54,399 nt of DNA. It comes from a virus. Taxonomy: Duplodnaviria > Caudoviricetes. Under the pieces are notes generated by a model. The model was not told the DNA's origin and made no database searches. It saw nothing but the letters and a program-made list of their open reading frames with translations. Below are positions 37,707 through 47,849 of this stretch, piece after piece. The position numbers were made by a program, and so were the translations under genes. The first letter of the stretch is position 1, and every line of letters begins with the position of its first letter. Where the stretch lies: positions 1 through 54,399 of IMG/VR virus record IMGVR_UViG_3300043294_000079; one strand, given 5' to 3'.

Positions 37707-38297
37707 TCACAACCCGCACATGGGAGCGGTCTGCCACGCGCTGAACCCGTTCCCCGTGTACTTCAGGTCCCACGCGTAGAGCTTCAGTGCAAACTGGTCC
37801 TGCTCCCACGGTGGGGCCGCGTTCGGCACCCCACTGAAGCCGAGCCCCTGCCAAGTACTCACCGCTGCTTGGTACGCGCCACCAAATGGCTCGTCCCCAC
37901 CACGCGCGTAATCGTCCCCGCTTTCCTTTTGTCGGACGCACGCCCAGTCCGCCGTATCCGTCGAGTTGGCGTCGGTAACGGGCGGTAAGGAGGTCGCGGT
38001 CGTGCTCCCGCTGGGTGAGGGAGGCGATGAAGTCGGCGGTTTCGGCGTTGACGGCCTCTGCTGCTTCATCGACGAGGCGTTGGATGGCGAGCCGGGTGCC
38101 AGCATCATCCGGCGCAGTAAGGGTGTCGCCGCCCCGCCGACGGTCGGCGCCGATTCTCTCGTCGGCTGCGCGAAAGTAGATCGTGTAGAAGTCGCGGTCA
38201 GACCTGCGTCGCTCCTCCCCTGACCGGGTGTTAACACCGAGCCAGCCACCAGGAACAAAGCCAGGACCGCCAGTGTCCGCGCCAAGCGGGGGCGCAT
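37707..38297 (-). CDS. Secreted Rpf-like lytic transglycosylase
   Basis: Signal peptide, Pro/Ser/Thr linker, then WACVRQKESG...GGAYQ...STW...A.PWEQD...AW...C (Rpf/lysozyme-like domain with catalytic Glu). Confidence 0.8.
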   Translation of the reverse strand: MRPRLARTLAVLALFLVAGSVLTPGQGRSDAGLTATSTRSTFAQPTRESAPTVGGAATPLLRRMMLAPGSPSNASSMKQQRPSTPKPPTSSPPSPSGSTTATSLPPVTDANSTDTADWACVRQKESGDDYARGGDEPFGGAYQAAVSTWQGLGFSGVPNAAPPWEQDQFALKLYAWDLKYTGNGFSAWQTAPMCGL

Positions 38298-38390
38298 TAT
38301 TCATGTTCCCTTCCCTCACTGCGGCAGTAGTCGAAGCCGGACAGGGCCTCCTGGGTCGGTGCGCTGGTCTGTGTCGCTTGAATAGTCATG

Positions 38391-40916
38391 TCACGCTCCT
38401 TCTTGATCTAAGGCATGGAGACTTCGGCAGCCGATGGCGAACCATTCGTCGGCCGCTTCTGACCCGCAAGGGTGGCCGTCCTCGATGATCTTCCTGAAGG
38501 TTTCGGCTACCCTCGCCAGCGCCTCGATCCGGTTCTCGTAAGACGTGGTAACCCGGCAGAGTTTCTCGGCGAGCTTTGAGTTGCCCTCACGCCATATCTC
38601 CGCTTGCTTGGCTGTCATTTCCAGCACATCGACGTGCTTCACTAGACGCAACAGGTCCAACACATCGAAGTCAGCACAGCCGCCATGCTCGATGTGGACG
38701 AGGCGCACAGCGACGCACGGCTCGGCCAGGGCAGCCTTCAGGCGTTCTAGTAGCTCACCGTCGGTCATGTCGCCTCCAGTACATCGAGTGCAGCGAACAG
38801 GTTCCCTAGTGCGCTGGCGATGTCCCATCGCAGCCCTATAGCATCGGGGTCGTCGTGGACAGCACGCAGGGCTAGCGCAGCCTCAGCAACCCCGCACAGA
38901 GCCTCGAACCGGTCCCGCGGCACCTGGACGATGTTGGCCGTATTGCCCATGAAGCCGGGTGCGGCCTCGGCGCGGATATCGGCGATCGTGGTCATGATCT
39001 GTCCCATATCTGCCCGTGGCGGTGTCGCGAATCGGCGGGCTGTTCTCCGCGTTGCAAAGCGCGCTTGACTTGGCTGCGAGCGGCGTGCCACCAGCGCTTG
39101 CGTTCGGCTTGCCAACGGCGACGCCGGTGCTTCGTTGGCTTCATGCCGCCCTCCTCGCCTTCCTCGCCAGCGCGTCCTCGGGATGCCGCCGCTGCTTGCG
39201 CCAGTCCTCAACCTGCGCCCAAGCGAACGCGGCAACGAGCAACAGGCCCGCGGCGCACACGATCACGAGGGTCACCTTGCCGGCGACGACGCAGAGGAAC
39301 ACGACGACCGCGGTGACGATCAGGATTCCTGCCGCCGTGCGGACTGGGTTTGTCATGGTGCGTCCTCTATCGAAAGTTGCCCAGGGCACTCGGGTGGCCG
39401 CTCTCCTGGTTGAATCTCAGCGAGGATTTCAAGTGCCCGCTGCTGTGTGACCTCATCGCCAGCCGGTCCACCCGCCCAGATGTAGGCGCCCTTCGGGAGC
39501 TTCGACGTGTCGGTTATCTCGCTGACTGTGACTGTGACGCCCCACACGTCCTCCCAGATATCACGCTCTGAGGGGTCGGCCAGTTCCTTGGCGTCGATTT
39601 CGGCGGCGTCCTTGTCCGGAGCGATGATGTAACCCTCCGTCTCCAATGTGCGCTCGGCGTCAAAGCGGTAGAGCTTCATTCGTCGCCCCGATCGTGGTAG
39701 TCGCGCAGCAGAGTCCCTGCCGCGGTGCGGACTGGGTTGGTCATTGCTCGGCTCGCAGGATTCGCGCTATTGACTCAAGAAGGTCGGCATAGCTCGGCTC
39801 CGTGGTCGTCTCGGTAGCGGCGATGTGACCGCCCCCGATGGCCTTTCTCCAGCGCGTGCGCTCAGACTCCCAGTCGCTCAGCCAGACACGGGCAATGTTC
39901 CCTTCGTGGGTCTTCCCTGTCTTCATGTCGATCTTGAGAGCCGACTCAAGCTCAATGCGAATCCGAGGAGCCTTGCGGATCTCAGCCGCGTAGTCGCCGT
40001 AATCGCCGCTCAGGGGATTAGTCATCAGTAATAGAACTCCATGTAGTGGTGGTCCTTGCCGTCCTTGACGGTGGCGATCGCGGCCATGAGGTCACCCCAC
40101 GCTCGGAACGTGAATGAGCCGATCGTGTCGTCCTCGAACAGAGGCACGCCGCGGGGACCGTTTTGGTGCTGGCCACCGTTGATGAATCGGCCAGACGCTA
40201 GAACGTCGTCCTTGATGGCTTCCAGGTAGGGGTGCGTCTCGGGCTTGAAATGGGCCAGGTAGTCGGCCCAGCGGTCACCATCTCCGTTGCCGAACCATCC
40301 GCCCATCCAGCCGACGCTCTCTGTCTTGCCATCGGCCTCACCGTAGGAGATCCAGTCGGTGACCTTCATTCGGCCATCCCCCGATCGTGATAGTCGCGCA
40401 GCAGAGTCCCTGCCGCATAGGTCGCGCCATTCCTCGCGCACGCCCATGCGAGCACCCGGAAACGGGCCGACGTGTCGAGGCGTTCGAGGATCGCGGCAAC
40501 CTGGCCGAGGGCCTCTAGCTCGCGCTCGACGCTGACGTAGACGACGGTGATCTCGTGGCCTGGGGTTGTCATGGGATGTCCAAGTCATTGTCGTCGTGGT
40601 ACTGGTCGACCTCGACCTCGTAGGGCAATATCTCGACCTCTGGCAGCTCAGGCAGCTCCCACCGCGTCACCGGCTCGGGCTGGTGGTGCTCGGCGAACCT
40701 GCGTGCTAGGTCTTCGGTCGTCGGGGTGATGGCATAGACGGCATTCGGCGCGTAGTACTGCGTCGCCTCTGTGATGTCCTTGCCCGGTACGTCGATGCGT
40801 AGGAAACCGTGGCCCGCGATTTCCTCTTCGGTCACGTGGCCGGCGAGGCGGCGGTGACCCATCAGTTCGAGGATCGCCCAGCAGTCAAAGGTCTTGGTGT
40901 CGTAGTCGGTGGTCAT
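38391..40916 (-). other. Run of small coupled hypothetical genes (38391-38768, 38765-38995, 38992-39144, 39141-39356, 39353-39679, 39676-39744, 39741-40025, 40025-40369, 40366-40572, 40569-40916)
   Basis: Near-continuous ATGA overlaps; 39141-39356 has two TM segments. Confidence 0.6.
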
Positions 40917-42037
40917 TGCGCCGATGCCTTTGCCTTCAGCCCCTCAGCCACGAGGTCAAGGTCAAACAGCGACAAGTCGGACATCGACGCGATATCAGCC
41001 CCGAGAATCCGTGAGGCCTCACCGCGGATAGCGTCGTGGTCAAGTCCGAGCGGCTTCGCAATGGCGTGGACCTTCCGCATCTTGGCTGCCAGCGCGTCGG
41101 CCTCGGCCGTGGTGGACGACGCGGGAGGTACTGCGCCCGCGTCGTCCGTGTCCCCTGGGTGAGGTTCGTCGGCCTGGTCAGCCTCCTTTCCGTTTGCACC
41201 GCTGCGAACTTGTGCGGCCGTCCGAGCCTTGCGCCCCGTGGCCGGTAGTGGCTGGGCTGCGTTCGCCCTCGGGCGTGCCTGCGTTGGTTTGGCGGCTTCC
41301 TCCATCTGCTCACGAAGCGAGGCTGGCGGTAGGGCCGCGACGGGTGTGACGTAGGTGGCTGATGCCGGCGGGAGTGCGGCGGTCGCCGCGCCACGGCCAA
41401 GCGCCTGTAGGTTGATCTTGAAGTCGAGCACGGGAACCGTGAAGTTCCTGGTCGGCTCGCCTGGTCGCTTCACCTCGCGGTGGTCGATGCGGAGCGTCGC
41501 AGGAAGGATGGCCTGACCTGTGGCCTCAGCGATGCGCTCCATGAGTTCGAAGCTCCCGCTCAGTTCGGACGCGGCATAGAACCCATGGGACTCAAGGCGG
41601 AACTGGCCCGTGCCCGGTACGTCATCGAGCAGGACGGACAGGCGCGTCGTCGGCTTGCACTCGCGCGCCTCGGGATCGCACACGCACAGTTCCTCACTCG
41701 GGACCTGGCACTCGCCGTCGCAGCGTCGGATGCAGCCGCCGCCTGACCATGCTTCGAAAAACTGGCTGAACGCCATCGCGGCGGGCAGCACGTGGCAGGC
41801 GATCTCAGACGAGTCGGTGTAGACCTCCCATTGCTTGCCGGTCGGAGCGTCGGCCCACGGTTGAGGCTTGCCGCCGTAGAGGCCAGCGATGGCCTTGATC
41901 GCGCCTTCATTCTGGCTGGTGAAGCGAAAAGCATCGAGCTTGCCGGGTCGGGACTTGCCCGCGCCCATCGCGACCTTCTCACCGAGGCGGATACGACCGC
42001 TCTCGTGAAGGCGACGTTGCAGGGTCAGAATGGTCAT
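40913..42037 (-). CDS. Gp3-like/RDF-like recombination protein (putative annealase partner)
   Basis: GRIRLGEK...RPGKLDAFRFTS, IRRCDG...CKPTTRL; directly downstream of the exonuclease. Confidence 0.65.
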   Translation of the reverse strand: MTILTLQRRLHESGRIRLGEKVAMGAGKSRPGKLDAFRFTSQNEGAIKAIAGLYGGKPQPWADAPTGKQWEVYTDSSEIACHVLPAAMAFSQFFEAWSGGGCIRRCDGECQVPSEELCVCDPEARECKPTTRLSVLLDDVPGTGQFRLESHGFYAASELSGSFELMERIAEATGQAILPATLRIDHREVKRPGEPTRNFTVPVLDFKINLQALGRGAATAALPPASATYVTPVAALPPASLREQMEEAAKPTQARPRANAAQPLPATGRKARTAAQVRSGANGKEADQADEPHPGDTDDAGAVPPASSTTAEADALAAKMRKVHAIAKPLGLDHDAIRGEASRILGADIASMSDLSLFDLDLVAEGLKAKASAQ

Positions 42038-42933
42038 GCTTGCCCTCTTTCCATCGGTGCTCCGATGACGTGCTTGGAACCCTCGGTCATCCAACGGGCG
42101 ATCTCTATGGCGAACTGGAAGTACTCGAACACCGGCTCATCGCAGACGATCGGGTGAAGTGCCGCGTGCTCGGGCGTCAGGTGGAGAACCACCCCACCGT
42201 CGAGCGGTGGCATTGGCGAGGCAATGCCGCGCTCGGCATCATTGAGCAGGTAGTAACGGCGGCGGAACTGCTCGTATCGGCGCGCCCGCCACGTCGCAAT
42301 CAGATCCGCATAGCGATAGGCGGCTAGCTGCAATGCGACCTCGGGATAAGGCCCGCTCTGCTTGCCCTGGCTGTCGATGCTCTTGCGGCTGGACTTGTAA
42401 TCGAGCAGGAGCGTCATGCCGTCGAGTTCGACAATGGCGTCGAGCGTCCCGGCGTAGCCCCACGTGGGTGAGTAGACCGCCGCCTCTGCCGCGAGGTACT
42501 TCGGCTGCCACTTCTGCGCCCACGCGTCGAACTGCTCAAGGAAGGGGCGAACTTCGTCATCGACCTCGGGACGCTCACCGGTCAGCGCATAGCTCGCGCA
42601 CGGGTCGTGCACGGCCGTCCCTAGCTCGGTCGCACTGCGTATCCCCTTCGGCTTCTTGAACCGGGCGTCGCGCAGATCCTTGACGACTGCCTCGCGCCCC
42701 TCGGCTTCTATGCGGTCGGCGAGGTATCCCGCCTGGTCGCACGCTGCCTCGGCTGCCATTTCGGCCGACCAGTAAAGCAATGCCGGCTTGCCCAACTGGC
42801 CGATAATCGTCGTGACGGACCAGAAGCGTTCGTCCTCCGCACCAGGCTTAGGGACGTCGACCTCGCCGAGGCGGATGTGGGCGTAGGACTGGCCGGCGGG
42901 GGCGATGACTTCGAAAGGGAGTGTGATGGTCAT
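42034..42933 (-). CDS. PD-(D/E)xK exonuclease (RecE/Cas4-like fold)
   Basis: SVTTII, GTAVH, YAGTLD, LDYKS, QLAAY. Confidence 0.85.
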   Translation of the reverse strand: MTITLPFEVIAPAGQSYAHIRLGEVDVPKPGAEDERFWSVTTIIGQLGKPALLYWSAEMAAEAACDQAGYLADRIEAEGREAVVKDLRDARFKKPKGIRSATELGTAVHDPCASYALTGERPEVDDEVRPFLEQFDAWAQKWQPKYLAAEAAVYSPTWGYAGTLDAIVELDGMTLLLDYKSSRKSIDSQGKQSGPYPEVALQLAAYRYADLIATWRARRYEQFRRRYYLLNDAERGIASPMPPLDGGVVLHLTPEHAALHPIVCDEPVFEYFQFAIEIARWMTEGSKHVIGAPMERGQA

Positions 42934-43473
42934 TCCGGCACCGCCACGAGCGCGCCGTCCTCGTCCACGATGCTCGCCCAGCACTCGGGGCAGTAAGTCG
43001 CGAGCGTGTACGGGTCGAAGATGACCCAACCTTCGGGCGCGAGGTCGTTGGTGACGACGGGATACCGCGTCCGGCAAAACAGCGAGTTGGTGAACAGGCG
43101 GACGTACTCGGCCCTGATCGGCTTCGTGTCGGCCTCGGCCTCGCAGCCGCCGCATTTCAGATGGACGACGACGCTCACAGCGCCATCGCCAAGTCACTCG
43201 GCAACCACCCGATTGGCAGTTTGCACATCCTCTCGAACATCACCTGGAAGCACCAGATGGTTTCGAGCAGCGGGCGCTCGGCGTCAGAGACGCGCCCCAC
43301 CTCGTGGTCCTTGTTCCAGTCGGCCGCACGTTGCCAGGCCTTGGCAAACCGCGCCTCATCGAGGGTGGCGAGCGAACGGGGAAGAGTCTGGCCGCGGTGC
43401 TCGCACTCCTCGCACCCGTCGTGCCAGATCTGACGGGCGTCGAAGCCTGGGAGGGCGTCGTGGTAAGCGTGCA

Positions 43474-44256
43474 TCATGAGGTCTCCTTCTCTCTCGTTGT
43501 CTTCGCCACTTCGGCCTCGATCTGTGCCCTGCTCGCGCGCCAGTCGTAAATGTGCTGCTGGCTCACCCCGAACTGGTTGGCCGTCTCCTGGACAGTGTGC
43601 GTGAGCGCGTAATCGAGAATCTTGATCCTCAGTGCAGGCGTGAGCGAGGTGCCGACCTTCGGCTTGGCGACGTGGGGCGCTGCGCGGAACCGTTCGTTCG
43701 GATCCGGGCGTTCATCGTCGTCAGCCAAACCCGCGCTGGCTATCGCCGCGTCACGGGCACGGTCGGTCGTGTCGATGGGTTGCTCCAAGGGCGCACCGGC
43801 CTCCACCCTCTGCTTGCGAGGGGTCGTGGGTGACACAACCCCTACCGGCGCACCACTGGAACTTTTCTTGCGCCCGCTTACGCGATGCTCACCAGCCAGG
43901 CGACGCCACCGGTCGATCGAGGACTGCCCGTAGCCGTACTTCTTGACGGCGGCCGCGGTGCCGTGCTCGCGGGCGTAGGCGACAACCTTCGCCTTGACAT
44001 CTGGCGGGATGGCATTCGCCGCGCCACCGTGGCGTGGCCGCGGGCCAGGAACGGCTCGGGCAGGGAGGGAGGACGCCGCGGAAGTTTCAGGCGCTGTGTC
44101 CTTGGCCTGGGAGATGTTGACAGGCTGCTGATGAGGCCCCTCCGTGCCCGAACGGCTCATTCGCAGCTCACGTAGGGCCGCGTCGATGGCGTCGATCTCG
44201 TCCTGTCGCTGGGCGCGGGCTTGTTCGAGGTCGGCGATGACGGAGGCGATGGTCAT
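43474..44256 (-). CDS. Protein with two HTH domains
   Basis: AAAVKKYGYGQSSIDRWRR and QETANQFGVSQQHIYDWR. Confidence 0.7.
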   Translation of the reverse strand: MTIASVIADLEQARAQRQDEIDAIDAALRELRMSRSGTEGPHQQPVNISQAKDTAPETSAASSLPARAVPGPRPRHGGAANAIPPDVKAKVVAYAREHGTAAAVKKYGYGQSSIDRWRRLAGEHRVSGRKKSSSGAPVGVVSPTTPRKQRVEAGAPLEQPIDTTDRARDAAIASAGLADDDERPDPNERFRAAPHVAKPKVGTSLTPALRIKILDYALTHTVQETANQFGVSQQHIYDWRASRAQIEAEVAKTTREKETS

Positions 44257-45334
44257 GACTGGCGCCTCTCTGCGCCTTCGCGGCGCATGATGATCGCTTG
44301 GGCATCGGTATAAGCGTTGCGTTGCCGCCTCTCGACCCCATTCCGCCGCTCGATCCACTCCTGCTGAGTGGCCGCGGTCACGCGGTAAGCGGCGAGCAGG
44401 TCACGCGTCTCGCGAAGTTCTGCTTCGTGCGCGACCTTTATCGCCGCGAGCTCAAGCTCCAGCGCAGCGCAGCGCACGGTAAGGGTGGTGACGGCGAACT
44501 CAAGGTCCGCCAGGTGGTCGCGGTCTACGTGGGTGATGGTCACCGTGCAACCTCACGCGGCAAGCCGTACTGCTCGCGCAGCGCTCGCATACGAGGGTCC
44601 GCCAGCTTCCTAGCCAGATCTCCGCGGCACGCGTCGATGTGACGCCGTGCCCGCTCTAGGGCTTCCTCGCGGGTCGCATAGGCGACGCCGAGGATCTGGG
44701 CGGTCGAAACCTTGCCGACGTTGTTCGTCGTGATGACGATCGGCACGTAGGGCCACTTGGCGTTGCGCCCACGCTTGGCCGCAGATGCCACCCCGAAGTT
44801 GGCCGCGGCGACTGCCTCTGTTATCTGCCCGGTCTCGGTGATGGTCATGACGCGGCCTGCTCACGGGCGTCTCGCTCTTGTTGCTCACGTTCAGCGACGG
44901 CGTTGGCCATTGCCACGAGACGACCTGTCTCCATCTCGCGCTGGAACTTGCGTGTCGCTCGGTCCTTCCGGTACTCCTCGCGCTGACGGTCACGCGACTC
45001 GCGCCATTGTGCCTTGCGCTCCGGAGTGTCGCCCTTAGTCATGAGATCCCCACCGCGCCGAGGCAGGCGATGACGAAGAGGGCCAGGACCATGAGAGCGA
45101 TCACGTAGAGGAAGAGGTCGAAGGTGAAGGTGAGGGCGTTCACGAGGTCGCCTCGCAACAGCACTCGGTCACGATGTACTCGGCCGGGTAAGTCCAGGTC
45201 TGGCGGACTGTTCGTTGCGTCCTGACAGGGCGTTCGCACTCAGCGTGGTCGCCATCGAGGCAGAAGCCGCAAGGCCGCGCCGGGTCAGACTCAAGGGCTA
45301 GGGCGCCCGGTTCGACGGGCAGAAGGTCGGTCAC
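44253..45334 (-). other. Small early genes downstream of Cro (44253-44543, 44540-44848, 44845-45042, 45039-45143, 45140-45334)
   Basis: Coupled ORFs. Confidence 0.55.
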
Positions 45335-45543
45335 GACGCCACCGCCTTCTTGCCGTTGCTGTTCTCCTTGAGGCCGTCCAGCCAGTTGGCGACGGTGCGG
45401 CCCGAGACGGTTATCCCGTGTTCGGTCTCAAGTTTGCGGGCGATGCGCTCGTGCGAGAGACCTTCCAGGCGCCACTTCGTCAGCAGGAAGGAGAGCTTGC
45501 CCCCCATCGCCCGGTCCGACAGTTCAAAGACCTTACTAGACAT
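45331..45543 (-). CDS. Cro-like HTH protein (leaderless)
   Basis: SHERIARKL...VSGRTVANWL; divergent from the repressor. Confidence 0.7.
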   Translation of the reverse strand: MSSKVFELSDRAMGGKLSFLLTKWRLEGLSHERIARKLETEHGITVSGRTVANWLDGLKENSNGKKAVAS

Positions 45544-45622
45544 ACTTTGAAAGTTATTCCGAACGTTCCTATCTGTCAAGTACCCTCTTGACGCCGGAAG
45601 GAAGTTCGGTAATACTTTCGAC
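45544..45622. promoter_or_regulatory. Back-to-back leaderless promoters of the lysis/lysogeny switch with operator candidates
   Basis: Minus: TTGACA-N17-TAACTT-N7-ATG; plus: TTGACG-N17-AATACT-N6-ATG; similar AGGAA(C)GTTCGG motif in both spacers. Confidence 0.75.
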
Positions 45623-45955
45623 ATGGCAGAGCTATCGCCACAAGTCCGGGGGGACGTCCTCCGCGAACGACGCGAAGCTGCTGGCCTATCGCAGGAAGAC
45701 CTTGCCTACCAGGTCAGAGCCCTCTTGAACGGAGGGTTCAAGGTCACGGCCGCCGGGATAGGCCAGTACGAGCGCGGTGCGTCAGGGACTATCCGCCCCA
45801 ATCTCATGCTCTTAGTAGCTATTTCCGAAGTGCTCGATTGCGCCCTTGATGACATCACGACGGGCATGTCTGCCGAAAGAGACCAGGTAGCGGCCCTGTT
45901 CTTCAAAAGCGGAAGTTTTCGAAGTCACTGCCAGGCCAGCACCGCTGTAGCATGA
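45623..45955 (+). CDS. Immunity repressor (XRE HTH)
   Basis: LRERREAAGLSQEDLA...IGQYERG...P; C-terminus STAVA. Confidence 0.85.
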   Translation: MAELSPQVRGDVLRERREAAGLSQEDLAYQVRALLNGGFKVTAAGIGQYERGASGTIRPNLMLLVAISEVLDCALDDITTGMSAERDQVAALFFKSGSFRSHCQASTAVA

Positions 45956-46857
45956 AAGTGCAGGTGGACCTAAAGATGACACCCAAACTGACCGATAATC
46001 TTCCAGTGCAGTCTGACGCTGAGCTGATCCGGCTCTTCGAGCGGGACCAGCGTCGGCGAGGACTAACGATCAGCACCATCGACGTTAGACGCCGCTTTCT
46101 CGGGCAGTTCCTCACGGAGCACAAGGGTACGTTCAAGCAGGCCACGACGGAGAGCATCCAGGTTTGGCTTGATCGATCCAAGATCGCCACCAAGTCCCGG
46201 GTCTGGCGCGTCTCGACGCTTCACAGTTTCTACGCCTGGGCGCTTGACGTCGGCTATCTGCGAACGGATCCGACAGCCAAGATCGTTCGTCCGAGGGTGC
46301 GCCGCACTCTCCCCCGCCCGATCCATGACGACCATCTCGTCCTGGCCCTCGAACAGGCCGACCCCTTAATGCTCTGTTGGCTGCTGCTCGCTGCGCTTCA
46401 GGGCCTGCGATGCCGCGAGATAGCGGGGCTTGAGCGCGACGACGTGCAGGAGGAGCTAAACCTCCTTCGAATCGTCGACTCCAAGGGCGGCAACGAACGA
46501 GCGATGGAGCTCCACCCTGACGTCCTAGCCGCGCTCCAGGCGTTGCCGATGCCTCAGGCCGGCGCCGTGTTCCGTCGACCTCGGATGTTGGACCGATACC
46601 CGCCCTATTACGTCTCACAGCTGATCGGCGCGCACCTTCGGCGGGTGACCGGGTTGGAGCACATCGGCGCCCACCAGCTGCGGCACTGGTTCGGAACGAA
46701 GTACTACGCCGAGTCCCACGATCTTCGCAGCACGCAGGAGATGCTCGGACACCAGTCACCGAACACGACCGCGATCTACAGTGCATGGGACAGGGGCGCC
46801 GCTGGAGCGCACATCCGAGCACTGAAAATCGACTGGCACCACACAGACGCAGCGTAG
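45952..46857 (+). CDS. int: Tyrosine integrase lacking an N-terminal arm-binding domain
   Basis: GLRCRE, SKGG, HQLRH, LGH, TAIY catalytic residues; about 300 aa; C-terminus TDAA. Confidence 0.92.
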   Translation: MKVQVDLKMTPKLTDNLPVQSDAELIRLFERDQRRRGLTISTIDVRRRFLGQFLTEHKGTFKQATTESIQVWLDRSKIATKSRVWRVSTLHSFYAWALDVGYLRTDPTAKIVRPRVRRTLPRPIHDDHLVLALEQADPLMLCWLLLAALQGLRCREIAGLERDDVQEELNLLRIVDSKGGNERAMELHPDVLAALQALPMPQAGAVFRRPRMLDRYPPYYVSQLIGAHLRRVTGLEHIGAHQLRHWFGTKYYAESHDLRSTQEMLGHQSPNTTAIYSAWDRGAAGAHIRALKIDWHHTDAA

Positions 46858-47430
46858 GTGACCTACTTCACCGCCGAGACCCTGAACGGTCCGTGGCAAC
46901 CGCTTGAGTCCCACTCCCACGGTGACGCGCCCCAGGGCGGCATCGTGCTCTGGCTCTACTACTGCAAGGTGTGCCGGGTGTGGATACTCGGCAAGGGCGA
47001 AGATGTCCCGATGAACGACCCGAGCGAGAGAAACAGCTAGTAAGGAGGAGAGCATGAGAGTCTGGATTGGGGAGGAAGAGTGGTGGCCCGTCTATGAAAT
47101 CGAACTTGACGGAGAGAACTCGATCTTTTACTCGACGGAGGTCCCCGACGCAGATGTTGAGCGATGGCAGCGCGTCTTCGCTGAGTTCGCTGGGGTGCAA
47201 AAGGAACTAAAGAGCGCTGCTGAGCGGGCCGATGCCGAGGCTAGGGAAGTGAAAACATGAGCAAGTGCATGATCAAGGACTGCCCGAACGAAGCGGGCGA
47301 CGCTTACATAGTCGTGAACGTCCACGGGCATCGGCTGGTTGTCTCGATCTGTGACGATCATCATCGGTTGGTCAGTGGGGACGCCCTTCGTGAGTTCTCG
47401 TTCGCAAAACCCTTACGGAATAAGGGCTAA
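46858..47430 (+). other. Three small genes co-oriented with the integrase (46858-47040, 47054-47260, 47257-47430)
   Basis: Strong RBS AAGGAGG before 47054; ATGA overlap at 47257. Confidence 0.55.
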
Positions 47431-47605
47431 CTAGCCAGCCCCCCTACGATTAGCCAGGAGCGCACGAAATCGCGAGCGAGGGGTACAGGTGCCGCGAAAG
47501 TGCCCTCCACCAGCCCTTAAACGCGAAACAATCGCCCGCCCTCATCCCTGCGGATGAAAGCGGGCGATCGGCGCCTCGGCGGGGGGTGCTGAGGCAGCTC
47601 TTGTG

Positions 47606-47848
47606 CTAGAGGCTCGCGTCCTTTCGCAGTTGCGCGTCCTTACGGACGTTCGCGAGCTTCGCAGCGTGCAAGGCGACGGTCGTTGCCGCCCCGCCACTGA
47701 CGATGACGAGGATGCCCGAGATGGCCATGAGGACCGCTTGCACCTCACCGGCCAGCGCCGAGCCGTAGATCGGTGTGATGACCGCGCCAGCCACGCCTGC
47801 GAGACCGGACACGACGGCCATGATCTTGGCCCAGGGTAACTTGTTCAC
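47606..47848 (-). CDS. Holin-like 2-TM protein
   Basis: Two hydrophobic helices and a basic C-tail; end of the lysis cassette. Confidence 0.6.
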   Translation of the reverse strand: MNKLPWAKIMAVVSGLAGVAGAVITPIYGSALAGEVQAVLMAISGILVIVSGGAATTVALHAAKLANVRKDAQLRKDASL

Positions 47849-47849
47849 T

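Noticed and set aside
42034-42933. CRISPR-associated Cas4 serving the array
   Set aside because: No four-Cys Fe-S motif seen; it sits in the usual exonuclease/annealase position about 15 kb away
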